Origin: Cyanobium sp.
GTDB lineage: Bacteria; Cyanobacteriota; Cyanobacteriia; PCC-6307; Cyanobiaceae
Reading direction: 5' to 3'
Length of the DNA stretch: 64,000 bases
Assembly (NCBI GenBank): GCA_044356035.1
Contig: JBIKWZ010000006.1
Location: 4,031 to 68,030 of the forward strand
A model generated the notes under the pieces. It ran no database searches, was not told where the DNA came from, and saw only the letters and a program-made list of their open reading frames with translations. Below are positions 35,273-43,952 of the stretch, in pieces; position 1 is the stretch's first letter, and the number at the start of each line of letters is the position of its first letter. The translations under genes and the position numbers were made by a program.

Positions 35273-36277
35273 ATGAATCAGTCGAACGTATTAGAGCTTA
35301 GGGGGCTATACAGAAAGTTTGGATCCCTGGTTGCAGTAGACCATCTCGATCTCAGCTTGTACAAAGGGGAGTTTTTCACGCTCCTGGGCGCATCTGGTTG
35401 CGGAAAAACGACAATCATGCGCCTGATTGCCGGATTCGACCAGCCCGATGGCGGCCGCGTGGTGCTTAACGGCAGGGATGTCACAAACCTGCCTCCCCAA
35501 AAGCGCAATGTCCACACGATGTTTCAACAATATGCTTTGTTCCCACACTTAAGTATTTGGGACAACGTCGCGTTTGGGCCTCGTTCACAGGGAAAGGACA
35601 ACGCAGAAACCCGCCGTAAGGTAGGAGAAATGCTGGAGATTATTGGACTGACAGAGAAAGCAAGGTTTTTCCCCAAGGATCTCTCAGGTGGCCAGCGGCA
35701 ACGGGTAGCACTGGCCAGGGCGCTGGTCAACACGCCCGCACTGTTGCTCCTTGACGAGCCGCTCGGGGCACTTGACGCCACAATGCGGCGAGGACTGCAG
35801 CTGGAATTAAAACGCATTCAGCGTGAAGTGGGGATAACATTTCTGATGGTGAGCCACGACCAAGACGAAGCCTTTTCAATGAGCGATCGCTTGGTTGTGT
35901 TAAACGCCGGGCGCATCGAACAACTGGGAACACCAAAAGAAATCTACGAAAAGTCAACAACAAGCTACGTGGCTGGATTCGCAGGCCAGGCCAATCTGTT
36001 GCCCATGGCGAGTGGCACATTGGGCATGATCAGACCAGAACGGATACGACTCAGCCAAACAGAACCCTTCGGGGAAGAAGATGGCTGGAAAGGTCATCTG
36101 ACTGCCGTGTTTTACCAAGGGGCTGACTGGCGCCTCGAACTCACGCGTGATGATGGGAAAGTGTTATTTATTCTTCTCAACGTAGGAGAAGCGCCGCCAA
36201 CACTGAAGATCGGAGACCAGTATTGGGGCAACTGGAAGCGCTCCGATCTCCATCCCATCACTGGGGAAGGAACCTAA
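35273..36277 (+). CDS. potA: Spermidine/putrescine-type ABC transporter ATP-binding protein
   Basis: Walker A LLGASGCGKTT, Q-loop, signature LSGGQRQRVALARAL, Walker B LLLLDEPLGALD, C-terminal TOBE-like domain. AAGGTGG RBS just before the ATG at 35273. Confidence 0.9.
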   Translation: MNQSNVLELRGLYRKFGSLVAVDHLDLSLYKGEFFTLLGASGCGKTTIMRLIAGFDQPDGGRVVLNGRDVTNLPPQKRNVHTMFQQYALFPHLSIWDNVAFGPRSQGKDNAETRRKVGEMLEIIGLTEKARFFPKDLSGGQRQRVALARALVNTPALLLLDEPLGALDATMRRGLQLELKRIQREVGITFLMVSHDQDEAFSMSDRLVVLNAGRIEQLGTPKEIYEKSTTSYVAGFAGQANLLPMASGTLGMIRPERIRLSQTEPFGEEDGWKGHLTAVFYQGADWRLELTRDDGKVLFILLNVGEAPPTLKIGDQYWGNWKRSDLHPITGEGT

Positions 36278-37416
36278 TGCACTCCATGGGATTCAATCGG
36301 CGTAGATTCCTCAGGCTGCTGGCTGCCAGTGGTGGCACGGTGATGCTCGGCCACGCATTAACTGGATGCGACCTGGGTAGTGGTAGGTCAAAAGCAAAAC
36401 CCTTAACGATTTCGAATTGGCCACTATTCATCGACGTTGATCAGGCAGGGTCAGTAGGAACTGTCAAACGATTTGAGCAAGCAACTGGCCTCAAAGTCGT
36501 ATATAGAGAGGACCTCAATGATCCTGATTCGTTCTTCTCACGCATCAGGATTCCTCTTGCCATGGGACAGCCATTAGAGCAAGATATCCTGATCATTCCA
36601 AACTGGCTGGCATCCCGCCTGATCCGCCTGGGCTGGCTAGACAAGCTTCCCCTCGCGAAGATACCCAACGCAAGCAATCTCGAGGTGTCATTACGCCGAC
36701 CGCTCTGGGATCCAACAGAGCAGTACACGCTACCCTGGATGGTAGGAGTTACGGGTATTGCCTATAATGTAAAAGCAACAGGCGGAGAACTCAGCTCAGT
36801 TGACGACCTGTTCGCGAAGTCGTTGCATGGGCGGGTTTCTTTTCTCTCACTTTGGCGTGACACACTCGGGTTAATGATGCTTGCCGATGGCAAGGATATC
36901 GCAAGCCCAACGTTCGAAGATGCCCAACCAGCATTACAGAGACTGAAACAAGCAAAAGCGAGTGGGCATATTCGTTCCTTCACTGGCAACGACTACCAGA
37001 AAGATCTACTCGTTGGCAATCTGGCTGCCTGTGTTGCCTGGGCTGGGGATGTGGCTCAGCTGCTAAGCGAGAATCCAGATCTGCGTTTTGTTGTCCCAGA
37101 AACAGGTGGCGTCTTAACAGCCGATGTGATGGTTATACCCCGAGACGTAGATGCAGTGGAGCAAGCTGCTGCCTGGATGAACTACGTTTACGAGCCCACC
37201 AACGCCGCAAAGATTATTGCGTCAACTCACTTTATTAGCCCTGTCAAAGGGGTTCGCCAAGTGCTGGCGGCATCCCCAGCAACGGCCGAGCTCATCAATG
37301 ACCCCTTGATGTTTCCCAATGCTGCAATGGGAAAGCGATTGCACATGCTCGGAGCCTTCAGCGATCGGGATGAAGTGGCCATCGAGAAAGAGTTCTCTCT
37401 ATTAACTGCATCATGA
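36277..37416 (+). CDS. potD: Polyamine-type periplasmic substrate-binding lipoprotein with a twin-arginine signal
   Basis: MHSMGFNRRRFLRLLAASGGTVMLGHALTGC (Tat motif plus lipobox), then PotD/PotF-like ISNWPLFID...YREDLND...IPNW...YTLPWMVGVTGIAYN. TAATG overlap with potA. Confidence 0.85.
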   Translation: MHSMGFNRRRFLRLLAASGGTVMLGHALTGCDLGSGRSKAKPLTISNWPLFIDVDQAGSVGTVKRFEQATGLKVVYREDLNDPDSFFSRIRIPLAMGQPLEQDILIIPNWLASRLIRLGWLDKLPLAKIPNASNLEVSLRRPLWDPTEQYTLPWMVGVTGIAYNVKATGGELSSVDDLFAKSLHGRVSFLSLWRDTLGLMMLADGKDIASPTFEDAQPALQRLKQAKASGHIRSFTGNDYQKDLLVGNLAACVAWAGDVAQLLSENPDLRFVVPETGGVLTADVMVIPRDVDAVEQAAAWMNYVYEPTNAAKIIASTHFISPVKGVRQVLAASPATAELINDPLMFPNAAMGKRLHMLGAFSDRDEVAIEKEFSLLTAS

Positions 37417-38288
37417 AATTACGCTTTTCTCGCCAACAATTACCCCTGCTCCTGGTTGCCCCAGGCGTAACGTGGCTGATCTTCTTTTTTGTTCTGCCGA
37501 TCATTGGACTTCTCAAGCAGTCGTGGTCAAGACCAATCAGCCGATTCGGCCTCGAAACGACGCTGAGCGCCAATCCCGACAATTATTACGATGCCTTGTC
37601 GCTGGCGACACCTCTGTTTCTGCGTTCCATGGGGATTGCAGCACTGGCCACAGTCATTGGCCTGATCATTGGGTTTCCTCTGGCATGGTGGATTGTCCGA
37701 AGAGGAGGCAGATGGAAACCCTTGCTCACAGGCCTGATTGTCGTTCCCTTCTTTTTCTCCTATCTCGTTCGCACCATTGCCTGGACCACCTTACTTGCAG
37801 ATAGCGGACCCCTGATGCAACTTCTGCGCACGCTGTCCCTTGGCCACGTACTGAACAGCGTTGGCGTGCTCCAGGATGGGCGCTTACTAAACACCACGGC
37901 AGCCCTGATTGCAGGCATAGCCTATAATTACCTTCCTTTTCTCGCCTTACCAATCATTGCTAGCTTGGGAACGATTGACCCAATACTCCTGGAAGCCGCA
38001 GCAGACCTAGGGGCGCAGGGGCCACGAATTTTCCTCAAGGTTGTGTTTCCTCTGGCACTTCCTGGAATTATCTCAGGGAGCTTACTGACATTCATTCCCG
38101 CCATGGGTGATGTGGTGAATTCGCAATATCTTGGAGGCGTAAACGATCGCATGATTGGTAGCCTTATCGCCGATCTTGTGTTGATTCAGCAACGCTTTGA
38201 AACGGCAGCCGCCATCAGCGTCCTGCTGCTGGCAATGATAGGATTCTCCCTATTTATATACAATTACAAATTCGGCAAACTAGCCTAG
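37413..38288 (+). CDS. potB: Polyamine-type ABC transporter permease
   Basis: 6-TM permease with the EAA loop LLEAAADLGAQGPRIFLKVVFPLALPG. ATGA overlap with potD. Confidence 0.88.
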   Translation: MKLRFSRQQLPLLLVAPGVTWLIFFFVLPIIGLLKQSWSRPISRFGLETTLSANPDNYYDALSLATPLFLRSMGIAALATVIGLIIGFPLAWWIVRRGGRWKPLLTGLIVVPFFFSYLVRTIAWTTLLADSGPLMQLLRTLSLGHVLNSVGVLQDGRLLNTTAALIAGIAYNYLPFLALPIIASLGTIDPILLEAAADLGAQGPRIFLKVVFPLALPGIISGSLLTFIPAMGDVVNSQYLGGVNDRMIGSLIADLVLIQQRFETAAAISVLLLAMIGFSLFIYNYKFGKLA

Positions 38289-38302
38289 CAGGCACCACTT
38301 AA

Positions 38303-39112
38303 ATGGAAACTTTGAAACCAAGTCAAAACCGACTGCAGGCCCCCTGGCTTGCACTCTGGAGCCTCGCTGTGTACGGGCTACTCTTCGCACCAGTAGCAGT
38401 CATTGTACTGTTCAGCTTCAATGCTCCTCAAAGCCGTTTCAACCTTGTTTGGCATAGCTTTACCCTAAAAAATTGGCTGAATCCGTTTGCAGATCCAACA
38501 CTCGCACAGGCCTTCTTTACAAGTTTAGGGTTGGCCCTGCTATCCACACTGCTCTGCATTCTGCTGGCGCTGCCGATGACTATGGCGTTGGAACGCTTTC
38601 GCATCAGAGGAGCCTCAGGCATGGAGTTGCTGCTGGTGCTTCCCTTAACGCTGCCTGAAGTGGTATTGGGGGCATCACTATTATTGTTGTTCGTGCAGTT
38701 GCGCGTACCACCCGGTCCACTAGCCCTGGTCATTGCCCATACCTTGTTTTGCCTGAGCTACACGGCAATGGCACTCAAAGCGCGACTTGGAGGCCATGAC
38801 TGGTCGCTAGAAGAAGCTGCTGCTGATCTAGGTGCCTCGCCATTCCGAATATTCTCAAAAATCACCTTACCGAGACTTGCACCTGGGCTGCTTTCAGCGG
38901 GTCTGCTCAGCCTGTCGATCTCGATGGATGATTATGTCGTTTCTTCAATTACAGCAGGATCAGTCATTACCTTTCCAATTCGAATTGCGGGAGCCTTCCA
39001 AAGAGAAATATCGCCCCAGATTCACGTCTTATCGACCATTGTATTGATCTGCAGCTTGATTGCACTGGTGCTTAGCTGCCGAGAATCAAAAGCGGCTGTC
39101 AAGTTGAGTTAA
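38303..39112 (+). CDS. potC: Polyamine-type ABC transporter permease
   Basis: 6-TM permease with the EAA loop LEEAAADLGASPFRIFSKITLPRLAPG. Confidence 0.88.
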   Translation: METLKPSQNRLQAPWLALWSLAVYGLLFAPVAVIVLFSFNAPQSRFNLVWHSFTLKNWLNPFADPTLAQAFFTSLGLALLSTLLCILLALPMTMALERFRIRGASGMELLLVLPLTLPEVVLGASLLLLFVQLRVPPGPLALVIAHTLFCLSYTAMALKARLGGHDWSLEEAAADLGASPFRIFSKITLPRLAPGLLSAGLLSLSISMDDYVVSSITAGSVITFPIRIAGAFQREISPQIHVLSTIVLICSLIALVLSCRESKAAVKLS

Positions 39113-39127
39113 AGATTCATAGAGACA

Positions 39128-40600
39128 ATGGTACCAGCCGTCAAAGATTCAAGGAATCACAATGCGAACACCAACCTCGACGCGATCGTCGTCGGTGCAG
39201 GGCTCTCCGGCTTGATTGCCGCAAGGAGACTGCAAGCCAAAGGCAAGCGCGTGGTGGTGCTTGAGGCCCAACACCATGTTGGTGGTCGAATGGTCAGCTA
39301 CACCACGAGCAACGGCAGTGTGGTGGATTTGGGCGGGCAATGGGGGGGAAGCAGCCACCACGGCTTCAGCGCACTGCTCATAGAGCTCGGAATCGAAAGC
39401 TACCCCAGCTACTACAAGGGCAAGGGGGTGTTCCATTGGCAGGGGAAGCGGCAGGAAGCCCCGCTGGCCAACGACTTCGCTGAAAGCTTCTTGTTCTTTC
39501 AGCCAGAGGCCCTCGCGCTGCCCAGGGAAGAGATGGAGGCTGCGCGCTTGCTCCTGAACGAATTGTCGAAGCTCGTGGCCCGGGTGGATCGGCAACAGCC
39601 CTGGCTCACGGACGGGGCTGAACAGTTGGATCGGCTCAGCGTTGCTGCGTGGGCGGCGGAGTACACCAGCATTCCATTGGCGCAACTGCCACTCCAATGG
39701 CTCTGCCGCGTCGGCGGATCCGGTGGGTTTGAACCCTGGGAAAGCTCAATCCTGCATCTGGCCTGGACACAAGCAGTGGCACCACAGGCGGAAACACCCG
39801 AGGCATGGCTGGTTGAGGGCAGTGCTGGCTCTGTGACCCAGCGCCTGGCACAGGATCTGGAGCAGCAAGCACCCGGTTGTCTGCTGCTGGGGCAGGTTGT
39901 GACAGAGATCGAACAACGCGGTCTGCTGGTGGAGGTCAAAACAAGCAGTGGGTTTGCTCAGCAAGCCAGCCTCGTGGTCGTGGCGGTTCCGCCGCCACAA
40001 CGCCAGGCAATTGCCTTTACCCCGCCCTTGGCTCCACCACATCAGGCGCTGCTGCAGCGGTCCCCGATGGGAGGCATGACGAAAATTCTGGCCACCTATG
40101 CCCATGCGTTCTGGCGTGAGCAGGGCCTCAACGGGCTGGGCATTGGCGATCGACCAGCCCTGCAGCTCACCGCCGACAGCGGCGGCCCTGAGCATCAACC
40201 AGCCGTGCTGGCTAGCTTCATCGCAGGTGAAAAAGCGATCCAGCTGGGAGCTCTTGCCGACGCCGAGCGCCACAAAATGATCCTTGACGACCTGGTCTCC
40301 TACTGGGGGCCGCAAGCATCCGAACCACTCGATCTTGTGGAGAAAGCCTGGAACGGCGAAACGTTCACCGGTGGCGCCTTCACAAGCTTTCTGATCCCTG
40401 GCACATGGACCAGCGTCGGCAGGCTGGCGGCGGGAGATCAGGGCGGGCCGGGCCCTGCAGACCATGGACGAGTGCTTTGGGCTGGCTCAGAAGTCTCGCC
40501 CCGCTGGCCTGGCTACTTCGAGGGCGCCATTGAGGCCGGCGAGCGGGCTGCCGCACGCAGCCACGCCGTGCTGGAGGCAACAGATGGAACCCATACATAA
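39128..40600 (+). CDS. Cytoplasmic FAD-dependent amine oxidase (MAO / putrescine-oxidase family), paralogue 1
   Basis: Dinucleotide fold DAIVVGAGLSGLIAARRLQAKGKRVVVLEAQHHVGGR, no signal peptide, C-terminal VLWAGSEVSPRWPGYFEGAIEAG. Starts 15 nt after potC, so probably in the same operon. Confidence 0.85.
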   Translation: MVPAVKDSRNHNANTNLDAIVVGAGLSGLIAARRLQAKGKRVVVLEAQHHVGGRMVSYTTSNGSVVDLGGQWGGSSHHGFSALLIELGIESYPSYYKGKGVFHWQGKRQEAPLANDFAESFLFFQPEALALPREEMEAARLLLNELSKLVARVDRQQPWLTDGAEQLDRLSVAAWAAEYTSIPLAQLPLQWLCRVGGSGGFEPWESSILHLAWTQAVAPQAETPEAWLVEGSAGSVTQRLAQDLEQQAPGCLLLGQVVTEIEQRGLLVEVKTSSGFAQQASLVVVAVPPPQRQAIAFTPPLAPPHQALLQRSPMGGMTKILATYAHAFWREQGLNGLGIGDRPALQLTADSGGPEHQPAVLASFIAGEKAIQLGALADAERHKMILDDLVSYWGPQASEPLDLVEKAWNGETFTGGAFTSFLIPGTWTSVGRLAAGDQGGPGPADHGRVLWAGSEVSPRWPGYFEGAIEAGERAAARSHAVLEATDGTHT

Positions 40601-40772
40601 AGCTGCAAGCAGAGTGCCCCTCGGGCGAATTAGATGATCAGCAATTGGGAGTTCAAAGACATATCTTGATCAATGAGTCATCCCTAACCCTTCTGCGGAG
40701 GTGGGGCGGTTGTGACGCCTGAAAAGAACCTCCGGCCCGCACAGACCAGCACCACATCACAACTCTCCATAA

Positions 40773-41972
40773 ATGAAGGCGAAACGACAGCCCCCTCGAA
40801 CCATGCGATCACGGACTAGTAATAGCGTGCTGCACAAGCTGCCGCCCAGCAGTAAAAGAATCGTGGTACTGGTGTTGAGCAGCCTGCTGTGCCTGGCCGC
40901 AGTGCTTCTGCCAACTAGTGGCTTACTACTCAGCAAAGCTCAGGGGCTCTCCGATGTGCAGACCGGCAGTAAAACCGTGGAACTGGCCCCGGACGCCAAA
41001 ACGGAGGGCATGGAAGTAAATGTGGGCATCCAGCTAAAGAACATCTACGACCTCAACCTAGCAAGCCAAAGCTTTCTAGCCGAAGGCTGGTATTGGCTAA
41101 GCTGGAATGATGAGGTTCAGGCGGTACTAGAGAGCCTAAAGATTGAGCCAACCCAGATGATTGAATTTCCCAATGAAATCGAAGCGGGCCAATTCTCTGT
41201 AAATGAGGTACTCCCCGAAGAAGTGAAGGTCAAATCCGGAACCCCCCATTCACTGTATGTAAAATTTTCAGGCAAGTTCTACATAGACGAAGTGGCGCAG
41301 CGCCTAGCACCATTTGATCCGCAGCGATTAAAATTGGCACTGGAAGTGAAGCTATCAAGCCTTACAGAAGGCCCAAATCAAATCAACCTAGTGCCAATTT
41401 CGATCGAACAACTGCCTATAGCTGGGGAGTTTTCTTCCGTGAACGGCTTTATTCTCACTGACACCGAATGGACTCGTCAGATGGCCAACTATATTGAACC
41501 ACTTGCCGGCAAGAATCAGACCAGATCCAGACAAATTGTGCGCTACAGCCGCGCAACAGCTATTTTGACATACTCACCAGACCCGGTCACAGTGTTCCTC
41601 AAGTGGCTGCTACCACTCATTGCAGTAATGGGAATCGTGATACTCTCACCATCCATTGACGGCACATTAGGCGATGTGCGCCTGGCAATACCATCTGCAG
41701 CCCTGCTGACCCTGGTGGTGTTGCATGACGGTTACAAAGAGAATTTCCCTCCAGCTCCTTACCTAACCTACCTCGATGAAATATACACCTATAGCTACAT
41801 AGCTTGCTTCGTGATCTTCTTGCTTTTCCTAGTGGGAACCAATACTCATAGCCGTGGGAGCGAGCAAGAACGTGAAGCAATCAGCAATAAAATTAATAGG
41901 CTCGATTTAATCGTACAGGTAAGCATGATTTCCGGGTTCGTGATCGTAGCCAGCGTGGGCTGGTTCAGCTGA
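40773..41972 (+). CDS. Prokaryotic pentameric ligand-gated ion channel (Cys-loop receptor / GLIC-ELIC family) homologue
   Basis: N-terminal signal anchor. A ~210-aa beta-rich periplasmic domain starts VNVGIQLKNIYDLNLASQSFLAEGWYWLSWND and contains APFDPQRLKL. Four TM helices follow (FLKWLLPLIAVMGIVIL; RLAIPSAALLTLVVL; PPAPYLTYLDEIYTYSYIACFVIFLLFLV; LIVQVSMISGFVIVASVGW). Order and motifs match my recollection of GLIC. Start could be the second ATG at 40803. Confidence 0.75.
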   Translation: MKAKRQPPRTMRSRTSNSVLHKLPPSSKRIVVLVLSSLLCLAAVLLPTSGLLLSKAQGLSDVQTGSKTVELAPDAKTEGMEVNVGIQLKNIYDLNLASQSFLAEGWYWLSWNDEVQAVLESLKIEPTQMIEFPNEIEAGQFSVNEVLPEEVKVKSGTPHSLYVKFSGKFYIDEVAQRLAPFDPQRLKLALEVKLSSLTEGPNQINLVPISIEQLPIAGEFSSVNGFILTDTEWTRQMANYIEPLAGKNQTRSRQIVRYSRATAILTYSPDPVTVFLKWLLPLIAVMGIVILSPSIDGTLGDVRLAIPSAALLTLVVLHDGYKENFPPAPYLTYLDEIYTYSYIACFVIFLLFLVGTNTHSRGSEQEREAISNKINRLDLIVQVSMISGFVIVASVGWFS

Positions 41973-42413
41973 AGAAAGCGACGAAGACCAAAGATGGGCG
42001 GATCACCAATGACGCAATCAACGCCATGGTGTTAGAGCAGAAACCTGCTTGCAGGATATCGGCAGGCCCGCAAGATTCACTTGCAATGGCGGTGTGAGCT
42101 ACATGCAACCGTTGGTTTCTCACCAACTAAAGATGTATACCACGTAGCTGCCCCAGCCACTCTGAAATCCAGGCCAATCGATGAGGAAGAGGCGGACAAT
42201 CAGCAATTATGGATCATCCTTGACAACCAAAACGCAACCCCCATACGGGCGTTGCTTTCAAGCCAAACAATTAATGAATAAACAGGAAAATCTATCCCGA
42301 GACCAGGGCAACCAACCAAAGCGAGAAGGTTTTATAAAAAGAATGAACCAATAAAAACATCCGAGAGCAAGGTATTAAAGTAGTTTACTGAACAGAGTAG
42401 CAGGAGTAGTCGC

Positions 42414-43916
42414 ATGCCTTTTTCACGTCGGCTGTTCCTAGGAGCCAGTTCCGCAGCAGTAGTGTGAACAACACTTGGGTCGCCTGCCTTCTCCGAGAAT
42501 GAGCCCAGACTTGAGACATCAAGAGCGAAAGGAAGATTCAACTCTTCAAGCGACGTCGTGATAGTCGGAGGTGGGATCTCAGGTCTAATTGCAGCAGTTG
42601 AACTTGAGAAGAAAGGCAATACAACAACGGTGCTCGAAGCCAGTTCTCGCTTCGGTGGACGATGTGTACGCCAAAAAACAATCCAGAACTGGTGGGTGGA
42701 CCTTGGTGGGCAATGGATGGGCAAAACACACCATCTCTTTAAGGACCTAGCCAAGGAGCCTGACATCAAAACATTTGACAGCTTCTACGATGGCGAAACA
42801 GTCTTTATCTGGAATGGGAAAAGGATCACTGCCCCGATGGACAGTGATTGGGCAAGCTCCTTCATCTACGTCCCCTTTGACAGGGTCCCGGTTGCCGAAG
42901 AAGACCGAAAAGCCGCCCGCCAACTGCATCAAGAATTCCTGGAACTCACGAAGTCTGTCGACAACGAACGGCCCTGGCAAAGCCCACAGGCTAGAGAGCT
43001 CGATACGCAGACCATCGAAACATGGCTAAACAGCCGAACCAACTCTGAGCTTACACACTATATTTTCAAGTGGTATACGCGCGTAGGTGGCTCTGGCGGA
43101 TTTGAGCCAGGTGAATCATCGATGCTTCACCTGGCTCAAACACAAAAAGCATGTCCGTAAGGAGAAACCCCTGAGCAGTGTTTGCTGTACGGGGCAGCAG
43201 GTCAGGTGCCTGAGCTTTTGGCCGATAGAATTAAAGGATTGATTCGAACCAATGCCGCCGCACAAGCTATAACTAGCAGGGAAGATGGATGCCTGGTTAA
43301 AGCTGCGGATGGAACATCACACGGTTGTCGAGCTGTAGTGGTTGCCGTACCACCACCCTTCCGTTCTCGAATCGCCTTCGAACCGAGTTTACCACATCAA
43401 ATATCAGGCCTTATACAACTTTCGCCAATGGGGTCAATGTTCAAGATCATGACCGTATACAAATCAGCCTGGTGGCAACAACGGGGCCTTAATGGTCTCG
43501 GCCAAGGAAATTTGCAAACTGTAGAGCTCACTGCTGACTCTTCACCTCCTTCAGGGAATCCCGGGGTACTTGCTTCATTTGTAGCCGCCGATAAAATCGT
43601 CAAACTTGTGTTGCTATCCGCCAAGCAACGGCGTGAAGCAATTCTTGCCAATCTCGTTCAATACTGGGGGCCAGAAGCGGGGACTCCAGATGATTACATC
43701 GAAATCAACTGGGCTGATGCAGCGTGGACAACCGAAGCCTTCACGTCCTATATGACGACAGGAGCCTGGACCAGCTTTGGTCCTGCATGGCGAGAACCAG
43801 TCGGACGCATTGTATGGGCTGGGACAGAGTCGTCATCAACATGGGCGGGCTTATACGAAGATGCAATTCAAGCGGGGCTTGACTCCGCGACTTCAATTGC
43901 ATCACTTCTATACTGA
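42414..43916 (+). pseudogene. Tat-signal FAD amine oxidase, paralogue 2, disrupted by two in-frame stop codons
   Basis: One reading frame throughout: MPFSRRLFLGASSAAVV, TGA (42465-42467), ...DVVIVGGGISGLIAAVELEKKGNTTTVLEASSRFGGR...RVGGSGGFEPGESSMLHLAQTQKACP, TAA (43158-43160), GETPEQCLLYGAAGQV...IVWAGTESSSTWAGLYEDAIQAG. Collinear with paralogue 1 across the TAA (paralogue 1 reads APQAETPEAWLVEGSAGSV). Confidence 0.8.
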
Positions 43917-43952
43917 TAAGGCATGAGAAACAGCATCAATATGACAGACAAT

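Noticed and set aside
42081-42281. 66-aa ORF in the gap between the pLGIC gene and the oxidase pseudogene
   Set aside because: It has no RBS-like sequence and no recognisable motif, and it is short. The 440-nt gap is more likely decayed or regulatory sequence.
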